NCBI GenBank assembly: GCA_000934665.2
Contig: KZ538166.1
Location: 1-64,000 of the forward strand
DNA length: 64,000 nt
Direction of reading: 5' to 3'
Source: Catajapyx aquilonaris
Taxonomy: Eukaryota
Numbering within the stretch: position 1 is the first letter of the stretch; the number at the start of each line of letters is the position of its first letter. Both the position numbers and the translations under genes were made by a program. Below, piece after piece: positions 56,383 to 64,000 of the stretch. The notes below the pieces were generated by a model. That model made no database searches. It saw only the letters and a program-made list of their open reading frames with translations, and was not told the DNA's origin.

Positions 56383-58851
56383 TGGTAAAATAGAGTTATA
56401 AACTGCTGTGTAAACAGTCAGCAAAAATGTAATGGAATATTCAAACGCACAATAAGTGACGCATAATTAATTCGCAATATTTGAAGAGTTTAGAAAACTG
56501 CTCTGATTTTTAAAATGAATTCGACTGCAATGTGACGCTGTGAGACCTAGTGTATCGTAAGTTACATGGGTAAACTGCGATAGCAAGCCATGCAATACTG
56601 CATAAAACGGCATACAAATCTGTTGACGTAAACCAAAATGTGAGTCAGTCACAAGTTTTGAATGAAATCACCGTCGTTGCTTTCAACCCGGTTCTCAGTA
56701 CACCCATTGAAACTCTTTTAATGAACCCACTTAATCCATCCCACCCCCCACGATCCATCCCAGGCTCCCAAACTGCGGAATCATTATAGTTCACGGCCCG
56801 CCTTGAAACTTGTTTTCCTCATCCGAGAAGTTTCAAGTTGCATAAACCAGTGTAGTGGAGCAAAGGCGTCAAGATGAGATTGCTGCATGAAAATGAGACG
56901 CTTCTGACTTCGCCCAAGACGTGGTTGCAGGTGTACTAAGTTGTTCAACTTCTTGTCACAGCCGCATTTGCCACACGATATTACTAATACTTGCCCCGTT
57001 AGTATATTCTGTCGGTTTGTGTTATACGAACATAGTCGTCTGCATGTGCCAGTGCCACGATGATCCTTCGAGGCAGCCAAAATTTTGTGCATAACCAAGT
57101 ATAGGTATGGCTCTCAGGAAAAATTCCAAGAAAATCTCGACAGAGATCAGTATGGATGTCATTAGTTTTAATCCTATGAAAGAGGCTGAGCCTATTAGAA
57201 TATTTGAGATGCGCACACCGCCATTCGGAGAAAACTGGCTCTTTGGTGGGCCATATTTGGGTCGAAATGACGCGACCCCGCTGTCGAGCGGCCAAGTGGC
57301 TTTGATTTCCTTTTGTATATGCAACGAAGGGGGAATGTCCTGGAAATTCGCATGCCCGGAAAGGACGCTGAGCAAGTTGGGAATGAAGCTTTTAAAAATA
57401 CTTCCCAGAGTGACTTGTGATGATGACGGGGCGGTTTTATGGAGATCGTTTGATTGCAATTAGGATAAAAAGGAGGTGGATGGAATGCCAGAGATTTCGC
57501 CTCACCGGCTTTGCCAGACTTTATGATCTCATAACACGTACCATTTTTGGAAAGAGTTGGGAAATAGACCCGGTATTATTAATTTTTTGCCACGTCGTGT
57601 CTATCTAGGACGGCGATTCATTTGGAGAGAGAATATATTTTCAAAATATTTGAATGGCAAATGCAGGTAATTTTTCGGTTATTTAAACACTGCGTTATGT
57701 GTAGCAGGGTCGAGAAAAGGATGAATCAAATCATGATAAATAGTATAACGCTACCAACATTCTGCAGAAAAGAATGAATAATTTTTCCATAATTTTTATT
57801 TTTGCAACATTTTTTTGCAGGGGAGAGGGAATGAATTAGAGAATTTCAATGAAACTGAGATGAGACTAAAAATTGGTGCTTTGTTGCCAAATGCGGGCTC
57901 CATTCCGTTCCTCACTATATGTTTTACTCTCGATTCGCTACAGTTCTAGGAACAAAAAGGAGACCATGCCACATAGCCTATGTCAACATCTCTCCCGGGA
58001 TGCTCCGTCATTTGTTCTGTTGGATTTTTTTACATTCTGGCTATTTTTGTTTGTGTACTCGTCGGTTTCGCGTGAAATGTGAGTAGGTCTATACTCAAAA
58101 CAAAATAATAAAAATTACCGGTAGTGATCATAATTATGTAAAATCGCGGGCACTTTAGATGGCCTTACACAATGGATGCCTTCGACGTATCAGCAAAGAC
58201 ATAACCCCTACATTACAATCATAATCCAGCAATTACATAGCTTCTTAGCAACCTCTGTGGGTTGTCCGGAGTGGATCGCATTCTAATAAGGCGGTGGATG
58301 GTATCTGCCTTTTTGGCAGAAAAATAACATAGGCCTACATGAATCCAGCGACTTACTCATCATTGCTATATTTTGAGGACATTTTAACTCCGAAAAAGAA
58401 AACGATTATATCTCTGTTTTGCTGTTTACGTGGTTGTAAGATGCTTAAGCAATATTAGCGAAGAGGATTACACTCGTAATGAGAGGATTTTCCAATACAT
58501 GTGTTTTGTAACATCAATGCGAAAGCTGCAGTTGCAATGTGGAAAAGAAGGTGACTGGAGTTGAGTTGCTGGGGTTTAAGCCCAAAGCCCGCCATAACGA
58601 TGGCACCGTAATTGTCCACACTCACAATGAACTAATCCTCTCAGGTGCAATCGCCCGGACCTGTCATGCCTTTTGAAAGAACAGGTAATCACTTGGCTGC
58701 GAATCCTAATGATAAAAGCTCCGGCTTTGCTTACAACCACACCGAATGCCAAGGAATAAGGCAACTTTTGTCACTCATAATACTGGCCCGTCCAAATCAA
58801 CTGCTTCATTTAGGCTGCCGCAGTGACGCTGAAATCCCGTATAGACCGCTA

Positions 58852-58879
58852 GTGTGTGTGTGTGTGTGTGNGGGGGGGG
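58852..58879. repeat. (GT)n microsatellite followed by a poly-G run containing an N
   Basis: gtgtgtgtgtgtgtgtgtg-n-gggggggg. Confidence 0.85.
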
Positions 58880-59235
58880 TATAGGGATGGGAGGGATGGG
58901 GAGGATGTCGCTCATGCATGCCATCCGACAGTGTTTTTCGGTTGCATGGACTCGCCGGTCGTCCACTGACACGAATGCTGCTGGCTTTGAAGATGCATGG
59001 CTATAACCATAACTCGACCACTTGTGTGAAAGCGGATGTCATACAAGAGGACATGACGCATAAAAATTGCAGCAGATGGGCACTAATCTTGGGAACCTGG
59101 ATCATGTCGCGTTATGTATGTGACCGGAGACTCTTCACTGTCGGGGACTGATTTTTTTTATACGGTTAGGTTGCCACCGCTATCTCTTGATCATAATTTC
59201 GCTTGTTTTGATAGTACCATTTTCTGTCCTTTCAG

Positions 59236-59403
59236 CTGCACCCAAGTCGGTGAACATCAGCCTAGCCGAAGGGGGTTTGCTACAAAATGCCACCCTTCTT
59301 GGACCCTTCAACGAAGGGATTACATTGTCGCTCTTATGCGAATCGGGCGGAGGAAAGCCCGTGGCTCGATTGTCCTGGTGGAATGGATCCGAAGAGGTTG
59401 CGG
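59236..59403 (+). CDS. Internal coding exon, N-terminal half of the second Ig (C2-like) domain of the same IgSF gene
   Basis: Acceptor tttctgtcctttcAG at 59234-35 and donor GTaagt at 59404; phase 1/1. Translation AAPKSVNISLAEGGLLQNATLLGPFNEGITLSLLCESGGGKPVARLSWWNGSEEVA(G) has the GP-x-x-EG...L-x-C...GG-x-P...W pattern typical of Sidestep-family Ig2. Confidence 0.92.
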
Positions 59404-59688
59404 GTAAGTTTATGTGCATTGCTGCCTGGACAGGTGGCCACGACGTAGTTTTCAGTTCATTGTAGGATCCTAGATTATGTTCACAAGGTTATATGATTCA
59501 AGCGATGCTTGTAATGCACAGCTAATTTATTAATAGACTACGTAGGTGGAAGATTATCGATAAGGGTTAACTGCAATGTACTGTACCGACTAGAGGTACA
59601 AAAGAGGGGTACGTTTTACAGTTAGATGTAAGAGGCCTATTAGTTTCAGTTAGATAGGGTCAGCCCAGGCATGTTGCGATTCTATTCA

Positions 59689-59793
59689 GGGCCAGTTTCA
59701 CCGAGGTTTCTTTCTGAAAATCCATACAAAATTGTATGGATTTTTAGAAAGAAACCTGGTTTTATCATATACCAAGCTCGGTGAAACTGGCCC
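59689..59793. mobile_element. PIF/Harbinger (Tourist-like) MITE
   Basis: Perfect 17 bp TIRs gggccagtttcaccgag / ctcggtgaaactggccc and a 3 bp TSD (TCA). Internal palindrome ggtttctttctgaaaatccatacaa..ttgtatggatttttagaaagaaacc. Confidence 0.8.
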
Positions 59794-60647
59794 TCAATGA
59801 GATAAAAGTGGCAGGAGTGGAAGTTCGAGCCGTCAGCCAACTGACATGATAGGAAAGACCAAGCAGTTCTTTGCTTGCTCTTAGGTATACTGTATTGTGA
59901 ATATAAAAAATATTTTACTGAATTTTTATTGTGTGATGTTAAAGCCAAATCCGTTGTCAACCCCTCTTTATACAAAATTGCATCGGTAATAAAATAGGGA
60001 AAACGTTATATTGCTCCAAGACGTTTCCGTCCTGCAGTGCTTCCACATTATCTTGATGTTCGTAACATACTGTACTGTGCATGCTATGACTGTTACGACG
60101 GTTAGATTAGAATATACACAGATAAAGTAGGCGTGGCAAGAAAAATGTTCGTCACATAGAATCATTGTGTGTCGATGCTGCTTAGGCATGAAGTAACGCA
60201 AAGGTTCTGTAACTGGTAGGATACAAATAATCTGCCCCTATTTGCGCAGGTAATATAGGAAAGGTCACATTATGCGGTTCAATAATTGAAGCACACGAAT
60301 ATTGCTTCCTTACTCCTTAAAAGGGAATGATATAGCTTCCGAGTCTTCTACAAAAAGCTGTGTTTGATATAGAGGCAAGGATCTATTTCATTTTGAAACC
60401 TGACTGGCGACTTATTGTCCTCTATACGTGAGTTCACGTTTTACTTTTCTAATAAAAGGAAGAATGACGACAATATATCTTCTCTCTGCTGGGGAAGGGG
60501 AGAAACGGAAACCGGTTGGCAAAGGGAAGACCTGTCGTCGCAATAAGTTCACATACAAAAACATATTATTAGGAAGATAACTATACACTAACTGACGAGA
60601 ACCTCATTTTCTGGCATGTGAGTGACTATATTTCTTTGTGAATTTAG

Positions 60648-60809
60648 GTCAATACAGCGCTGAGGAGGAGGAAGACCTGACCGGAATCGGACGTAGTTTG
60701 CTGACCGTGACCCTGACTCGGGGTGACTTGGGTGCCAAGTTGGAGTGTCAGTCCATGAACGACGCCTTGGAACATCCACTGAGAGCTTGGGTCGAAGTCG
60801 ACGTTTACG
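60648..60809 (+). CDS. Internal coding exon, C-terminal half of the second Ig domain (not in the ORF track because it lacks an upstream start codon)
   Basis: Acceptor tttctttgtgaatttAG at 60646-47 and donor GTgagt at 60810; phase 1/1. Translation GQYSAEEEEDLTGIGRSLLTVTLTRGDLGAKLECQSMNDALEHPLRAWVEVDVY has the R-x-DL-x-x-x-L-x-C-x-x-x-N motif that completes the Ig domain begun in the previous exon. Confidence 0.9.
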
Positions 60810-63800
60810 GTGAGTAACAACAATCAGCTGTTCGCTTGAATTCATATTGAAGTTGACTTGTGCAAATACGTCGCGTACCTTACAATTAGAACTTTTCAAA
60901 ACATTTTGATTAGGATCGACCTGCCTCAATGCTCCTTATTGCTTCACGTATTATGACTTGTAGCAAATGTAGTCCGAATGACAGACCATATATTGATGCG
61001 GGTTAAAATCTCCAGATTCTTGTTCCACCCTAAATGCTACTTAAAGTCACACGCATAATGAAGCTCCTAGACCACTGCAGAGAAGTCAGGTGCGAAATTT
61101 TTTACTCATTTTCAGAGTCAGGCTTACCAACAGAAATCCAATTTTCTTGCATGATATAGGGATGCACCAGCTACTCCTCTGGCACTGGGCCGGCGCAGAG
61201 AGCAATTTGGATATATCCAGGCACTGTTAACTCCATTTGACCTCACCTTATCTTGGTGGCTCAATTTATCCCGTGATTTATCACCCGAGGTTGACTCGGT
61301 ACAAGCGATGTAAATTGCAGGTAGGAAATCATGCCTAAGGGGGGAAAGTTTCACTAACAGGCTTCCCCGGAAACCTGCAAGTGGCAGACATTCGATAGTG
61401 AAGCTAGATAGTGTGAGCTGAAAAGACAGTTAATCTTAGAGCGAACCGGAAAAAGAAGAATCGATAGTCCACTAGTAGGTCTTGTTCTGTCAGCAAGAAG
61501 CGTCTATCGCTCTCTTCAATCTAATCACCGTTCATTGTCCTAGTCAGTTATCTAGGCGCACCCAAGTCGTTCGTTCTGCAATGCAAATGACTGCTTTGTA
61601 GTGGAGGGAGGGCATGGTTCTATAGTGTCGGCAGCATGTTGTCTATTGGTATCGTGTTTGGGTGCATTTGGGCATGGGCTCCCTTCATTGTGCTTATGGT
61701 GGTGCTGCTGGCGGGCATTCTTGGCTGTATATATTGATATGTGAATTACGCGCATTTGTGGTCGGGAAAGCATTGGAATACGTGCATTATCCCTGCAACA
61801 TGAAACGTTCCGCATATTGCACGGATTCCTTCATTTTAATAACGGCCCAATGTGAACGTGTTCACTTTTGCGGATGACCGGCCTTCATTACAGTTGTTAG
61901 GGGAAACTAATGTTTTCATAATTAAGTGCGTTCCGCAATAAATGCAGGTGTACCTATTATGTTGCGTGAATATCTTTAGGCAGCATTGGAATTAATTGAG
62001 AGGCAGATACACTGATTTCCTTTTGATGGCGAATTTCAAGCTGAAAATAGGGGACATTGACATTTCTGGTGCAAAAGCATGAACTAATTAGGATTCTGCC
62101 GCATAAGGTTGTCGTTGGAGTGCCGCACAGACCTTTCCCACTGTTTTCGACTTCGCTATAGGCTTCCAGTGCAATCCTGTCCAAAGGCATTTTCCCATTA
62201 ATTTTAGAAAGGCTTTGACGTACGTAAAACTGCGTACTGATAAACTGCTGCAGGGCCTTACACAGTATTTCATCATTTTCGTGCTGTGCCATAATTATGT
62301 ACGATACTCACTGAGTAACTGCGTAACATAACAGTATTTTATTTATCATAAGCTGCCGTTACTTAGGTGGTTAGATATCTGTAGAAGAACAGTTTGGCCG
62401 TCAACAGTAATTTTCATTATGTAACTTCGAGCTGGAGGCTGCACTAATCAAAGCACAAGAATATCAGCAAGTTACCTGTGATGTATAATGTAGACCGGAA
62501 GCAGCGGTACGAACTAGGGAACTAGTGTAGTCTGTAATAATTACAAGACTGGAATATGAAAAGTAGGCCTATACTAATAATCAAAATCGATATAGTCTCG
62601 TGGAAGACATAACATTGTTACCTAACAAAATTTCACCTTCTACATTGTAAAGTTGATTTATTTCTCTTCGGACATCTCAGCGTATTTATTCTCAAACATT
62701 CATAATTGTGCAACAATGCAAAATTAACATGTATTGCTGTAGAATTGAAAATGCCTCAAGATAGACAGGGATATTTGATGGAAATAATAGTGGCTGTGCT
62801 ATATGCGTCGATTACGGCTGTATAATAATATTAATAACCAATTCGGGTACAGATTCATAGTATGTAAGTGCAATACCAAAAGTCCCCAGTTCAAGGGAAA
62901 AAGACAGAGGCGAAACCCTTGGGAAGCAACAGTCAGTGCCACGTGTATACCTCTCGGGATTGTTGTTTCTCTGAGTTGCTGGGATACACCGTAACTTCAT
63001 CCCTTGAAATTATAATTATGAGGGCTCTGTATATAATACTGTACAGTGTACAGTCACGTGTAAAGAAGATGGAAAAGGCCTAAAGGCTCAATCCAGTTAC
63101 AGTGAACTCGTTGAAGCCCCCCCCCCCCCTAGTCCAGTTTCTTTTAGCCCGCCACTGTGCACCTAGCAAAATTAATAAGACTTGTAAAGTCCAACAGTGC
63201 ATAAACGAGCAAACGAGCTACAAAAAAGTACTCCAAAAAACACCTTAAAGTAAAGCACATCTCTAATAAGTAATCCGCACCTTCTGCTGCTCTAGGGCAT
63301 TTCTAGGCCCTCTTTGTTTAACTGGTCCTATGCTGAACATTCAACCGCCCTGTCACCCACGTTGTTAGTCCAAATCCGCCTATTTCCAGGATAGGAAGAG
63401 TAGGGTGGGGAGAGAATGGAAAGGCAGTGAGAGGGAGAGGTCGGAAGGAAGGTAACTGCAAGTGAGGCATAGCCAGAAGGGTAACCGCAACCTCCGCCCC
63501 TTTCCTGCACTTTACCAGAATATCCTTTTCGCGGGTTCGCCTTTTCATTACAGAGGAGGGGTACAGAAAGCGAGCATTTATCATTGCCTGGTGCAATTCA
63601 TGCAGTATTTAGTCTAGGTTCTGGTCCAGATTTATCCAGCTGGGTATAATCTGGTTGTTGTACTTGACACCTGTTTCTCTATGCAGTTATTTGGCATTTA
63701 AAAAAATGTTGGATGGGTTTCAACAAGTGGAATGGTTGTGGACAAATGTGACTTGGAATTTAGCAGGCTATTTTTGCTCGTAAAATAAGAGCTGACGTGA

Positions 63801-64000
63801 AGTTACACTCAATAATTACAAGGAATCAATTATGATTATTAGACCCTATAGAGCTAAACATTAAAAGGTTATTTCAATGGATCACCTGCATAGGAAAGGT
63901 GACAATCAGTTGAGAGCCAATATATTATAACTGCCGAGATTTGTCATACTCGTTCTCTTACATTTTTTGTTGGTGGTTACAGTTTAATACACCTGTCAGG

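Noticed and set aside
62788..63157. hAT-like MITE end (tagcccgccactg) with a possible left end tagtggctgtgcta
   Set aside because: The TIR match is poor and there is no 8 bp TSD.
1..64000. Prokaryotic-type systems (operons, CRISPR arrays, defence islands)
   Set aside because: There are no long ORFs or regularly spaced repeat-spacer arrays; spliceosomal exons, SINEs and microsatellites show the DNA is eukaryotic.

Overview
This is eukaryotic DNA, probably arthropod/insect (inferred from the gene family and repeat types), and it is almost entirely intronic. Three phase-compatible + strand coding exons (36866-37020, 59236-59403, 60648-60809) encode the end of one Ig domain and a complete second Ig domain of a Sidestep/faint-sausage/nephrin-like cell-surface protein. 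The gene has very large introns (about 22 kb between the first two exons found) and is incomplete in this window. The introns contain two tRNA-derived SINEs with target-site duplications (TSDs), a tRNA-Val-like pseudogene or SINE head, many foldback/MITE-like inverted repeats, microsatellites, and a 1.64 kb non-autonomous CACT-ended DNA transposon (28578-30217). The most notable observation is that this transposon appears to carry its own four-exon minus-strand transcription unit: CRE palindromes upstream, three GTAAGT donors with matching acceptors, and an AATAAA signal, but only short ORFs. Nearly all ORFs in the supplied track look spurious.
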